64,000 bases of DNA. Source: Azolla caroliniana. Taxonomy: Eukaryota > Plantae > Polypodiophyta. The DNA lies in NCBI GenBank assembly GCA_043228905.1, contig JBHGNT010000003.1:17422001-17486000 (forward strand), given 5' to 3'. Shown piece after piece: positions 49,972-62,936 of the stretch. The notes below the pieces were generated by a model. That model was given only the letters and a program-made list of their open reading frames with translations, was not told the DNA's origin and did no database searches. Position numbers and translations under genes: made by a program. Each line of letters begins with the position of its first letter. Within the stretch, counting starts at the first letter, position 1.

Positions 49972-52900
49972 TGTAGAGAAATCGACGCTCCGATTAACCT
50001 TCACCGCTCGGCCACAACCGAGTAAGCACGAATCAATGCAGCAGAAAATAGGAACCTCAGAGAAAGAACACGAATACACAGGGATTAACGTGGAAAACCC
50101 TAGACGGGAAAAACCACGGGAGTACAAGACTCCAAACCAAACACTATGCACAGAGAAATATACAATGGCGAGCTGCAAGGCGACGACCTTGAGCTCGTTG
50201 TCCTCGCCACAGGCAGCGGAAATACACAGAGGTGTCGACCTCCTCCTCTCTCACGCTCTATCTCTCTCACGGCTGCTCTCTCTTCACTCCTCTTGAGTGG
50301 AAAAACAGAAAAAAATAAGAAGCAACGTAAAAACTGTTTGCCCTAAGTCATATTTATACACATATGACTTTGGGGCTATTTACAACTATAGCCTCAAGGG
50401 CCCTTGGCAAACATATTCACAGATATGTCCCCGCCTCCGGATCTCGCTCCGGGTACATTCGTCATCCGGCTCCGAAGCCGGGGTCTTCATCATCCGGTTC
50501 CGAAACCGAAACCGGGCTTGTCGGCATTCATCTCCTATATCCGACCATCCCATCCGAAAGGGACCGTAATCCCAACAAACTCCCCCTTCACTTCGGCATG
50601 GGATGTCTCTCCAATCCGATCCTCTTCCGGCATGCTTCCAGCTTGTCGGGTGTGAGCACCTTGGTCAGCATATCCGACCCGTTCTCGTCCGTGTGGACCT
50701 TCGTCAGCACGAACTCCTTGTCTTCTATCCTTTCCCGGATCCAGTGATATCTTCGCTGGATGTGCTTCGTTCGGGAGTGATAGGCCGCGTTCTTCGCAAG
50801 GTGGATTGCACTCTGACTGTCGCAGTAGAGTCGGTACTCCTCCTGTCGGATACCGAGCTCTCTAATGAAGTCCTTCATCCATATTATTTCCTTGCCGGCT
50901 TCAACAGCCGCCATGTACTCCGCCTCCGTGGTTGACAACGCAACCGTCTTCTGCAGCCTCGACTGCCATGAAACAGCTCCCCCTGCATACGTCATCACAT
51001 ACCCTGATGTGGACCGGCTGGTATCTGCATCAGCCGACATATCCGAATCGGTGAAGCCGTCGAGTTCGGGCTTACCGGAGCCGAATCGGAGGCACACGTT
51101 TGCCGTGCCCTTCAGGTATCGGAGTATCCACTTGGCCGCGTTCCAATGCTCTTTGCCGGGATTGCTCATGTACCGGCTCACCACTCCGACTGCATATCCT
51201 ATGTCCGGTCTCGTACACACCATGGCGTACATCAAGCTCCCGACGGTTGAGGCATACGGTACTTTCATCATATCCTCCTTTTCAGCCTTTGTCTTGGGAC
51301 TTTGCTTGTTGGACAGCTTGCAGTTTGCCGGGAGGGTCGATCCGACCGGTCTTGCTTCCGACATGTTGAACCGTTTAAGCACCTTTGTCACGTACTTTTC
51401 CTGTGACAGCCACAACTGCTTCTTGCTCCGGTCCCGGATGATGTGCATCCCTAGTATTTGTCTCGCCGGACCCAAGTCCTTCATTGAGAAGGTTCGGTGA
51501 AGAGCCTTCTTCAGCATCCGTATCTTGACCTGGTCTCGTCCGACGATCAACATGTCGTCCACGTACAGGAGGAGTATTAGAAAGTCTCCTCCTTCGAACT
51601 TCTTCACAAACACGCAGTGGTCGGACTGCGTTTTGAGGTACCCTTCGTCGGTCATGAAGGAGTCGAACTTCCGGTACCATTGCCGGGGAGCCTACTTCAG
51701 TCCGTAAAGGCTCTTCTTCAACCGGCATACCAGGTGCTCCTTCCCTTTCTCCTCGAATCCTTCCGGTTGCTGCATGTAGATCTCTTCTTCGAGGTCACCG
51801 TGAAGGAATGCCGTCTTCACGTCCATCTGTTCTACCTCGAGGTCCATGCTTGCCGCTATGCTCAGCACCGTCCGGATGGAGGTCATCTTCACTACCGGGG
51901 CAAATATCTCGTCGAAGTCGACGCCCTTCTTCTGCTGAAACCCCTTCACCACGATCCTGGCTTTGTATCTCGGGGGGTTTCCGGCATCTCCCGGTTTCAG
52001 CTTGAACACCCACTTGTTTCGAAGTGCCCGCTTTCCTTTCGGCAACTCCACAAGTTCATATGTGTGGTTCTCATGCAGGGAATCCATCTCGTCCTGCATG
52101 GCACTCAACCACCTGCGGCTCTGGGTGTCATGCTTTGCTTCTTCAAAGCTCTCCGGCTCCCCCTCGTCAGTTAGCAACAGGTGCTCTGGTTCCGGAAATC
52201 TCCGGGGGGCCCTTCTCTCTCTTAGAGGATATCTCCGTTCCGGAGCTTCGGGGACCGGTTCTTCCGATTCTTCTTCATCCGAATCCATTTCGGGATCGGG
52301 GCCGGTTCCGGTATCACTTTCATCTTCTTCGGCCGGTTCTGTTTCTTCACCGTCTTCGGCCAGATCCTCGAGTGCTAACCGGTCCCTTGCCGGTCGGGAC
52401 TGCTCCTCGTAGAGTTGATCCTCACCGGTCGACTTGGAGCTCTTCATCTTCTTCTCCGACTCCCAGTCGGCGAGTGTCTTGTTCTCCATGAAGATGATAT
52501 CACGACTCCGGAATATCTTCTTGTCGACCGGGTCCCATACTCGGTAGCCGAACTCGTCATCGCCGTAACCGAGGAATATGCATGGCCGGGTCTTTGGATC
52601 TAGCTTTCCTCTCCGGTCCTTTGCCACATGCACGTATGCGAGACACCCGAACACCTTCAGATGCCGGTAGGATACTTCCCTACCGGTCCACACTCTCTGC
52701 GGCATGTCTCCGTCCAAAGGTACTGAGGGTGATCGGTTTATCACATATGTCGCCGTCGACATTGCCTCAGCCCAAAACCCCTTGGGTAATTTCGCATGTG
52801 CCAGCATACTCCGGACCCTCTCCATTATGGTCCGGTTCATCCTCTCGGCCAGCCCGTTCAGTTCCGGCGTCTTCGGCACAGTAAACTCGAGCCGGATTCC

Positions 52901-55296
52901 CTTCGAGCGACAGTACTCCTGGAACTGTCCCCGGTATTCCCCTCCGTTATCCGCTCGTATCGCTTTCAGCTTCTTGCCGGATTCTCTTTCCACTCTCGCG
53001 TGGAGTTCTTTGAAGACGGACAACACTTGGTCCTTTGTCTTCATCGGTGCCGTCCACAGTCTTCGGCTATGATCATCTATGAATGTTACGAAGTACTGGG
53101 CTCCGCCATGTGACTTCGTTTCTACCTGACACACATCGGTGTGCACCAACTCCAATGGTGCGCTACGTCTCGTCGGTGGCCTTGAGTGGAAGGAGGTTCG
53201 GTTCTGTTTACCGGCCAGGCAATCGGTGCACTTCTCCAGGTGCACATGCTTCACTGGAATAAGGTTGTCTTCTGCAAGCCTCTTCATCCCCTTCTCACTC
53301 ATGTGGCACAGTCTTTTGTGCCACAGCTCACCGGCAGTGTTGGCTGCCACATTCAGCTCTTCCGGACATAACCGGGCATTCATCAGGTACAGTGTGTTGA
53401 CTTTTCGGGCCCGAGCCACTATCAGGCTCCCCTTGCTGAACTTCATTACGCCGTTCCGGATGCTACCTGTGTAGCCTTCATCGTCTAGCCTCCCGGCCGA
53501 AATCAGGTTCAATCGAACCTCCGGAACGTGTCGGACATCCTTCAGCAGCATTTTGCATCCGGTCGGGGTTGTCAACCACACGTCTCCTATGCCGGCAATC
53601 CGGCACGTACCTTCATTTCCCATCCGAACACAGCCATGCTCACCGGCTGTGTAGGATGAGAAGTATCTTCTTTCCGGGGTCAGGTGGAACGACGCTCCGG
53701 AATCGACCACCCAGGTCGTCTCATCGCCGGCAATGTTTAGCTCACCTTCTTCGGTGATGAGCATGATTTCTTCCTCACTTGCCGCGAGTGCCGTCGTTCC
53801 TTTCCTGTCCTACCCTCGCCGATCCGAACCATTCCGGTCCGTGGCTCCCCGGTAAGCACCGTTCCGTTCCGAAGACTTCTTCGAATCGGTGTCGTCAGCT
53901 CCGTTGTCTTTTCGGTAATGCCGACAATTCTTTCGGAAGTGCCCCGGCTTCCCACAGTGGAAGCATGTGGGCCTTCCTCTTGACTGCGACCGGGTCCCCG
54001 ACTTCTCCCGTCTTTGCGGACTCCGGTTCCGTTGTCTTCCCCGATCCGATTCGGTAAACAACATCTTCGGATCGGAGGCCGGTTCTTTATCTCTCCGACG
54101 CGCTTCTTCGTTCAAAATACTTGTCTTTACCGTTTGTAGGGACAAGTTATCTTCGGTGCAGGAGGTGCTGAGAGTCACCACCAAGTTCTCCCAGCTTTCC
54201 GGCAATGTACACATCAGGATGATGGCTTGCATTGCATCCTCCAACGGGAACTTGATCGCCGCAAGCTGGTTCACGAATCCCATGAACGTGCTTACGTGTT
54301 CCACCATACTCTCGCCGTCCCGGTACTTGAGGTTCACTATCTTCCTCATCAGGGAGGTCCGGTTCAACGCATTCTTCCTCTCGTAGAGGCCCGACAGCTT
54401 CCACCCCATCTCATATGCGTTGGTGTCGTTCGCCACATGTTGTAGAACGCTCACGTCTACGTATTGCCGAATGGTTGCTACGGCTTTCCGGTTCAGAAGC
54501 CTCCATTCCGACTCAAGTACCCCCTTCGGTATTTCCGACCTGTCGATCGGTTCGTACAGGTCCCGAACAATCAGAAGATCCTCCATCTTGATCTTCCAGT
54601 CGGCGTAGTTCTGCGCATTCAGCACCATCATCCCCGGCTGCCCGCTGCCGCCGCCTTCCATTTTCTGCAGCAGTCGCTCTGATACCAGTTTGTAGAGAAA
54701 TCGACGCTCCGATTAACCTTCACCGCTCGGCCACAACCGAGTAAGCACGAATCAATGCAGCAGAAAATAGGAACCTCAGAGAAAGAACACGAATACACAG
54801 GGATTAACGTGGAAAACCCTAGACGGGAAAAACCACGGGAGTACAAGACTCCAAACCAAACACTATGCACAGAGAAATATACAATGGCGAGCTGCAAGGC
54901 GACGACCTTGAGCTCGTTGTCCTCGCCACAGGTAGCGGAAATACACAGAGGCGTCGACCTCCTCCTCTCTCACGCTCTATCTCTCTCACGGCTGCTCTCT
55001 CTTCACTCCTCTTGAGTGGAAAAACAGAAAAAAATAAGAAGCAACGTAAAAACTGTTTGCCCTAAGTCATATTTATACACATATGACTTTGGGGCTATTT
55101 ACAACTATAGCCTCAAGGGCCCTTGGCAAACATATTCACAGATATGTCCCCGCATCCGGATCTCGCTCCGGGTACATTCGTCATCCGGCTCCGAAGCCGG
55201 GGTCTTCATCATCCGGTTCCGAAACCGAAACCGGGCTTGTCGGCATTCATCTCCGATATCCGACCATCCCATCCGAAAGGGACCGTAATCCCAACA
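49972..55296 (-). mobile_element. Copia element G (Tork/Tnt1-like), full length, young
   Basis: 606-bp LTRs 49972-50577 and 54691-55296 (about 4 differences by eye); TSD TGACG; PBS-Met 54676-54687; PPT 50578-50589. Confidence 0.97.
50588..54661 (-). pseudogene. gag-pol: Copia G polyprotein, one frame with two TAG stops (53810, 51692)
   Basis: Three ORFs in frame; CFHCGKPGH, WVVDSGAS, DNGGEY, YVDD, TKHIQRRYHW. Confidence 0.95.
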
Positions 55297-55301
55297 TGAC
55301 G

Positions 55302-57101
55302 AAGGTTCCGGTAGTTCAACCACCGGACTGGAACAAACCATTTCATGTTTTCGTCGATGCGTCGGACATTGCCATAGGCAGTGCTTTAATGCAATTATCC
55401 GAACCAAACTGGTATAGGCCGGTATACTATGCCAGTAGGAAACTTTCGTCGGCCGAAAGAAACTATTCAACAACCGAAAGAGAAGCTTTGGGAATGATAT
55501 ATAGTGTGAACAAATTTCGACATTACCTTTTGGGTAAGAAATTTACATTTCATGTGGATCATTCGGCTTTACTGTATCTAGTTTCCAAACAAGAATTGAC
55601 ATGCAAGTTAGCCCGATGGACGTTATTGCTTCAAGAGTTTGAATTCGACATTATACATCGACCAGGAGCACAGCACGCGATTGCTGACTATCTCAGTCGG
55701 CTTGAGTCTGGAGAAGAAGCGGTTGGGGTTAAAGATGATTTTCCAGATACTCAATTATTTCGGGTTGAGGCAGTAAAAGCACATGAAGTGAATCAGGAAA
55801 AAGAGGATGAATGGATTTCCGAAATGACGATATTTCTATCAACAGGAATTCCGGCCGAACACATGTCGACAGATGAAAGAAAAAGAATTGCAGTACGAAG
55901 TCGGAATTTTTGTTTATTTAATGACATGTTGTATCATAAAGGAGCGGATGGAATATGGCGAAGGGCAGTACGAAAATTTGAAAAATCAGCCATATTAACA
56001 GAGTCACATTGTGGAATTGCTGGCGGTCATTACGCAGGAGAAGCAACAGCCAGAAAAATATGGAATAGCGGGTTATGGTGGCCAACGGTGATGAAAGATG
56101 CTAACGAATACTGTAAGAAATGCGATTTGTGTCAAAGAATGGGGCAACCAACCGAAAAGGATCGAATGCCTTTTCAACCGGTTTTACCTCTTGAGCCATT
56201 TCAGAAATGGGGCTTAGATTTTGTTGGCCCATTCAAACCAGCAGTTGCAAGAACCGGTAATCGATATATCATAATTGCGACTGACTATTGCACAAAATGG
56301 GTTGAAGCAAAAGCTCTCAGGGACAATACAGCAACATCCACAGCAAAATTCCTGTATGAGAATATATGGTGTCGATTCGGTTGCCCAATAGAATTGGTAA
56401 GCGATCAAGGCACTCATTTTATTAACAAGTTAATTAACGAATTAACCAATTACTATGCCGTAGTTCATAAGAAAAGTACGCCTTACTATCCCCAAGCTAA
56501 TGGATTGGCAGAATCGACAAATAAAACAATTCAAACAATTTTAAAGAAGATAGTGAATGAAAATCGTACTGATTGGGATCAAAAGTTAAATAGTGCATTA
56601 TGGGCATATCGTACTTCGTACAAAACATCCATTAAATCAACACCTTTCCGAATGGCATTCGGACTCAAAGTCGTTATGCCGATCGAATTTCAAATTCCGA
56701 CACTTCGTATCCAAGCAACGAATAAGTTAAATTAAATAGAATCGGAGCAGATACGCAAAGAGGCTTTATTAGTATTAGAAGAAGAACGGATTCAATCAAT
56801 GTCAGCACTAGAACACAAGCAGAGACAAATCAAGGCATTCGTAAATCGACATCGAAGGAAATCGGAAGAGCAATTCGAAATTGGGAAACCGGTATTGGTA
56901 TTCTAGACGAGAATGGGACTTATGCCTGGGAAACTCCGGTATAGATGGACAGGTCCAGTATGGATAATTAATAGTAAAAATGGTACATACCAACTGGGAT
57001 CATTAACCGGAGAGGTTTTACCGAAATGGATAAATGGATTTCGGCTTAAACCGTATTTGGGAGATATGCCGGTAAATCCGTTTATTCAAACGGAAGAGTA
57101 A
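55302..57101 (+). pseudogene. pol: F RNase H and integrase (stops near 56733 and 56904)
   Basis: KKMLT|KVPVVQPPDW rejoined across G; VDAS, HHCC, SDQG, WTGP. Confidence 0.94.
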
Positions 57102-57503
57102 AAAAAAAAAACTAACTAACTAACTCACTCAATAGTTCTTGTCAAATGCAGAAATACAATCTTGCCATAACAGTATGAATCGACTATAAATAGAAAGAGG
57201 AATTGCATGATTATTAGTAAGGAGTACAACCACTACACGTAGAGTGAATACTAATTAATTCCTACATTAATAGCAATTACTATTCTTTAAGTCATCATGC
57301 ATAAGTTAATATCTTTAAAGCATATTTCTGTATCTTCTGTGTCGCCAAAACAACAGAAACGAGTGCAGATATCGAAACAGTCTGAGCCTCCTTCGTGCCC
57401 TAGTTCGCCCAAACTCTGTTTTTCTGATTTTCATCGCTACAGAAACTGTGCAGATCTGCAACTGTCATCGACAAGTGATTCAGAACAAGGAAACACAGAA
57501 GTC

Positions 57504-59957
57504 ATGCCGATTCCTGTATCTGAAGAACTGCGATTGTGGCTTCATGAGAGAAACTTACAAGGTTTCATCAAAGTAGCAGAAGCGGAACCTCATCCGCAGG
57601 CGGAAGAATTGGTACAACAAATAGACATCACCAAAATCACCACAAAGAAAATACGAAATGCATTACAGATGCCAAGAGGAGGCTTTGAGGCAGTTAAAAA
57701 ACCTTCATCAGAAGCACTCCAATCGTATTTCGGGGAATACTCACCCTCGGCAAAAGCATATCAGACTTATGGAGGTCGGGATGAGTTTTTTCATGAAGTG
57801 GCTAGATTTTTATTAGAGGTGGGATTTGTCAGCCCTCGTTTTTATTGTATGCCGAAAAAAAGGGCTGGGTTTATCATAGCCGCATACGAAAAAGAGGATT
57901 TCAACTGGCCACTATTGTCGGGGGAAGCTCTGAGAGAGCAGCTACAAGGGGTAAAAACAGGAAAACCGATGAAGCAAATTTTTGGTCGTTGGTTATCGGT
58001 ATTGTTTCCGATTCAAGAATCGGAAACTCCTGTTCAGTCAAGAAGACCACCAATAGTACAAGCACCACGAAGACACCGACAGGTAGTACATGAAGAATGG
58101 ATAGAAAAAGAATCGGCACATGCCGATAATATACAAACAAATATGCCTCAGTCGGAACCACCAATACCAGAGAATTCCGAAAACAGGCAACCAGCAGCAG
58201 AACAAGAAACAGTTGACAATTTGATAAACAAGCAATAGCAGACAGAAAATCGACAACAAGCAGAGAAGATGCGACAAAGAACAAGGATTAAACAAAAGGC
58301 TAATCGGCAATTTCAACCAGAAAACGGTGAGGGATCAGCACCGAAAAGGCAACGCACAAATGAAAATTCGAATACGCCTGTGGTAACAGAAGTACTAAAA
58401 CCAGGGAATGAGAGCGTTTCGACACAACCTCACCAAGGACAATCTTCAAAAGTAGCAATTCGGGAAGCACATGGGTACTTGGATATCCCACCAGCAGCAC
58501 ATGAATTAGCTGCCATTTTACAGTTCGGAACTTCATACGAACTGGTTGAATGGTTGGCTAAAAGACTGACAGAAGTATCAGAACGGCTGGCTCAAGAACA
58601 TAATGACCGAATAATGATACAGAAAGCCTTACGAGGAGTGTTGGAACCTCAAGAAAAAGCAGAGATAGAAAAAATAGGCCGGAAAAGAAGTGCACAAAAT
58701 AAAGGGGAGGCTATTGAAATGCCACCATTACATGGAGCACTGGTCGAAATTCATAAAGAATATGAAACGGTACGCAAAGAAGCCAGTGATATGGCTGAAA
58801 GATACAAAAGTGTATCAGCATCGGCGGAGGTGCTGAAACATCAGTTTTGTAACATACATGCAGAAAATAAAGAACTAAAGGAAAGTCTAAACAAATGGGA
58901 AACACAGGCACGGCTTATGGTGTCAGAGTCAGAATGGCAGCAGAAATTGGAGGACGCTGAGAAAGCACGTCAAGCAGAAACAACAAGGGCCAACAATGCT
59001 GTATTTCGAACTACAGAATTAGAAAAACAAATAGAAACCATTCAGAATGGTCAATACAAAGTTCTCGAAGAAAAAAATCAAATAATAAACGAATTACAGA
59101 AAAATCTAGAAGAAGCTAAGACGGCCAATCATACATATACCGAACAAATTGAAGAATTCGAAAGGTATATAGTGTCACAGGAAAGTCAATTGACAGAAAA
59201 AGAGCGGAGTCTTGAAGAAGTCAACAGAAGAATGACGGAACAGCAGGAGGAATGGAGTAAAGAGAAATCGGCATTCGAACAACAACTGGACGAAATTCGG
59301 AAGATATCGGAACAAAGACGGCTGGATATATATGTAGTCGAATCCAAACTAATGCGAGCTGAAAGTGAGAACCGAACCACTATTACGGATTTACAGAAAG
59401 AGTTGCAGACCGCCCAATACGTCGCAAGCATCACTAGGGACAAAGTGCAGCACATCATAGGGAAACATCGAAACCTAGCAAAGAAAATGATCGATGAATC
59501 TCTTGCGCAAGGATGGAAGTTATGGACAGCACAAGCGGCGGAATTACAGTTATTGCGTGCCGACAAAAATAACCGTTAGGTCCAAGGTGCAGGTTTTTTT
59601 AAAATGGCACAAAAGGATATTGACAATATCCAAGAGGATATCATGAAAGATATGGACGAAATTGCGGCATTTTACAGAGAAGAAATTCAACGTATTATGC
59701 AAGAATTCGACAAAAATGATATAGGCACTTCCGTCCAGTTGGATAAAATCGAAGCCGAAAGAACCAGCAAGACTCCTGGTATTCAAGCTTCCGGAAGAAG
59801 CGAACCAGAGCAGCCAACCGAATCACAACCTGCTCCGAAGGACGACTGTGACACAGATGAAGATGAAGAGGAAGATATAGGTGGAATACATCCAAGGCCA
59901 GATGAGCCTTCGATTTTTGATATTCTGAACGATTCGGATGAAGAGCTACAGGAATAG
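57504..59957 (+). pseudogene. F extra 3' ORF, about 817 aa, two TAG stops; globular domain, linker and coiled coil
   Basis: ORFs at 57297, 58269 and 59604 share one frame; homologous to D and E extra ORFs. Confidence 0.87.
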
Positions 59958-59959
59958 GC

Positions 59960-59999
59960 GTGGGTTCGCTGGACAAGGTCCTGGCCCACGGACGTGTCA
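59960..59999 (+). other. tRNA-Arg 3'-half-like motif in place of a PPT (element F)
   Basis: GTGGGTTCG-CTGGACAAGGTCCTGG-CCCAC-GGACGTGTCA, then AG, then LTR. Confidence 0.75.
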
Positions 60000-60539
60000 A
60001 GTGTTACCCGGACCCGGACAGTCAGTTTTACCGAACAAGTGGGAAAGCGTCGAAAACAGAGTCGGTTCGGATCGACTGTTCGGATCAATGACTCAGCAGT
60101 AAACGAAGAGAACTAAGTTAGTTAGATAATTTTGTAAATCTTGATAGTAAGTAGGAATAGTTCTTGATGAGAAAAGACCTTCGGTATACCTATAAAAGGG
60201 AACCGAAGGTATTGTAAGAAAGGTCGTTTTATTTAGTAATATAAGTTTAAGTTAGGAATATCTTGTACGGATTCTATGTTCCTTCTATTGTCTATGATCT
60301 TAAGTGCAAGCTTCCAAATTTATAACTAAGTAACGATCACGGTAATTACCGATTAATATAGCATAATTCCGTTCGTAAAACACAATTCCTTGTTAGAACG
60401 TTTAGTAGCAACGTTCACTCTTCTGTATCGGTAGTAGTTAGTAATTAGCCGATTAACACTCTTGGTCGTACAAGATGCACCAGTACCTGCTCGAGCATGG
60501 TTATTGGAGTTATGTCGAAGGGGCAAATGAAGTTGCACC

Positions 60540-60690
60540 TAGGAATTGGCAATGGCTTGGCTCAAGCCTAACCCGTTTAGCTAAACCGGTTTAGACTGGT
60601 TTAGCGGTTTAGCAACTCGGCTCGTTTCGGCTTAGGCTTGAGTCTGGTTAAATGGTTTGAGCTCGGCTTGAGCTCTACCAAACTAGCTAA
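60540..60690. mobile_element. One end of a probable hAT-family DNA transposon
   Basis: Abrupt break in H gag; starts TAGGAATTGGCAA; clustered GGTTTAG and GGCTC/GAGC subterminal repeats; other end not found. Confidence 0.55.
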
Positions 60691-62460
60691 GAAGATTATT
60701 AAATTTAGGTCATTCATGCATGTTAAAAAGTTAAAACACTTAAAAGTTAAACATTTTAAGTTACAATATAGTCTAGACTTTACAGTTAAAACTCAGAAGG
60801 TTGAAGCAGAGAGTCGACTGTTCACTGCCTTCAATGTTGAGTCACATAGATTAGAGACAGAGGGGCTCGAGAGGGAGAGAGAGGGAGAGGGAGAGGGAGA
60901 GGGACGTTGCACATGACGAGCGAGGACCTCCTACAACCTTCAGGCCTCATGCTTCAAGCTTGAGCCTTCTACAGTCTACCGAGAATCGACGGGCCACGAC
61001 ATACCTATTACCGACCCCTAGGTATTCTATACATGCTCATTGCTAGCATAAAATGCAGAAAATGGAAATAGTAGTTTTAGTCTTGTCATTGTAGTAACTA
61101 TTTGTGCAAAATTACAAATATTAGACAAGATGGAAGCTTTTATACTTCTCCCATCATGATGCATTCTAAGTCTGGAGATTAGAGTTTTGGAAGCCATCTC
61201 TAAATCTCAGGGCAATTTCCCAACATATACCCATGGAATTGGATACCGAGCAGGGTATTCTTTTGACAATATCTTCTTTTAATTATATTCGTTCAATGCC
61301 TCAGTACAAAAATGCTTGTTCTTGCCAAGATCTGCATTTAATTTCTCTGCTTAGACCTTATTATGTTACCAAAATGAGTCTCTTGGCCTCCTCCTTTCAA
61401 CTGATATATAGAGTTACAATTAGCTCCATTCTAATTTTCATAAAAAATACATCAAAGCCAAAATATCAACCATCCTTATGTTGCAGTCATTGGATAAGAA
61501 ATCATTAAGCATGAGGTCAAAGGTTAGACATCTTCCTTGTGCGAACCAATAATGCTCACCATTTCCATCCGAAGTGTTCATGGTTGTTGTGTACTTTCAA
61601 ATCTATACTACATGAATGAAATTTGGGGATTCCTAAGCATAATATTACAATTGGGGTAAAGAACGTGTAAAGTTGTATTTATCTATTTAAGCTTAGTGCT
61701 TCGAGTTGCGAATATGAATGTACATGATATGTTGCACTAGTACTGCACTCAAAAAGGGCATTGATTATTCCCAGACCTTCTCTATGTCTAGAATGTCTCT
61801 TCAGGTACATTTCTGCATTTCATAGTTTTCACTAGACCTGCTTTCTGGTTGTGTATCCTTGCGTCAACTTCTCATTGCCACTTGGTTCCTTTGGGCTTGC
61901 TCTTTTTGCAAGATTTATACATTCTTGTCTCAACTTCGCCTTCTATCTCTGCATCTTTATTGTTTCTACTCCCAACCCAATTGCCATTTCTAATCCTTGA
62001 ACTTGCATCTAGGAATTCTATACTATGATTTTTGCCAGATCAACATCAATCCCATGGAAGCTGGCACAAGTTACACGAATGCCCAAGAGTCTAGTTTCAA
62101 AACTTGTCCCAAATCCAAATATCTGCATTCCACGATGTTGAGAGACAAGCTCAACATTGGCCGGATCGGCTGAGCAAGCCGAGCACCGGATTGGTTGGGA
62201 CCGGATGGTTAGGCCGGACTGGTGCGTAAAACGGATGCGTAAACTGGTACGCAGACCGGCGCGTAGGAAGGCCGGATCGGTGCAGAAACCGGGAGGCCAT
62301 CGGAAAGATATTCCGCAAGGAATATATTTGGGAGTTAGTGTAGGGGCTCCTCAATGAGCATTGAAGTACTGTCAGTACTTCTGTCAGTCCGAAAAGGACT
62401 TGTATAAAAGTGTTCATTGAACACACACGATGTACAGATCGAGTATTATTTTTGAATTAA

Positions 62461-62936
62461 GTTCATGTGTTTACTCTCTCTCTGTCTCTCCCGTGCGTAC
62501 TGTGAAAACCTAAGCTTTCCATTAAACCTACGTTTTCTGTTGTTCGGTTTCCTATATTGCTTCCGAACGCCATTCTTTTCATGGTATTAGAGCGCGAGGG
62601 TTGAGAACCTCTACAGTCGACTTTGCTTGAAGGAAAAACCAACGAAGAAGAACAAGAAAACCGATGGACAGAGGAATGGCTAGCTCGCTTCCGACGGAGT
62701 TCTTGTGTTTACTCTCTCTCTGTCTCTCCTGTGCGTACTCTAAAAACCTAAGCTTTCCATTAAACCTACGTTTTCTGTTGTTCGGTTTCCTATATTGCTT
62801 CTGCGCGCCATTCTTTTCATGGTATCAGAGCGCGAGGGTTGAGAACCTCTGCATTCGACTTTGCTTGAAGGAAAAACCAATGAAGAAGAACAAGAAAACC
62901 GATGGACAGAGGAATGGCTAGCTCGCTTTCGACGGA
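62461..62936. repeat. 238-bp tandem duplication of U5-PBS-gag start
   Basis: Units 62461-62698 and 62699-62936. Confidence 0.92.

Larger units (their letters stand above)
45763..60458 (+). mobile_element. Athila-like Gypsy element F, full length, young; hosts Copia G
   Basis: 457-bp LTRs 45763-46219 and 60002-60458 (about 4 differences by eye); TSD CTCTT. Confidence 0.97.
45164..60539 (+). mobile_element. Copia element H (A family): 5' LTR, PBS and gag start, interrupted by F and then by a hAT-like element
   Basis: LTR 45164-45594, PBS 45595-45605, gag ATG 45699 (MDRGMGSSLPTEKLDRSNYAS|WSYKMHQYLL) resuming at 60464. Confidence 0.9.

Noticed and set aside
55083-55301. N-terminal part of the 550-aa ORF as a novel fusion
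   Set aside because: It is chance read-through of the Copia G LTR into F RNase H
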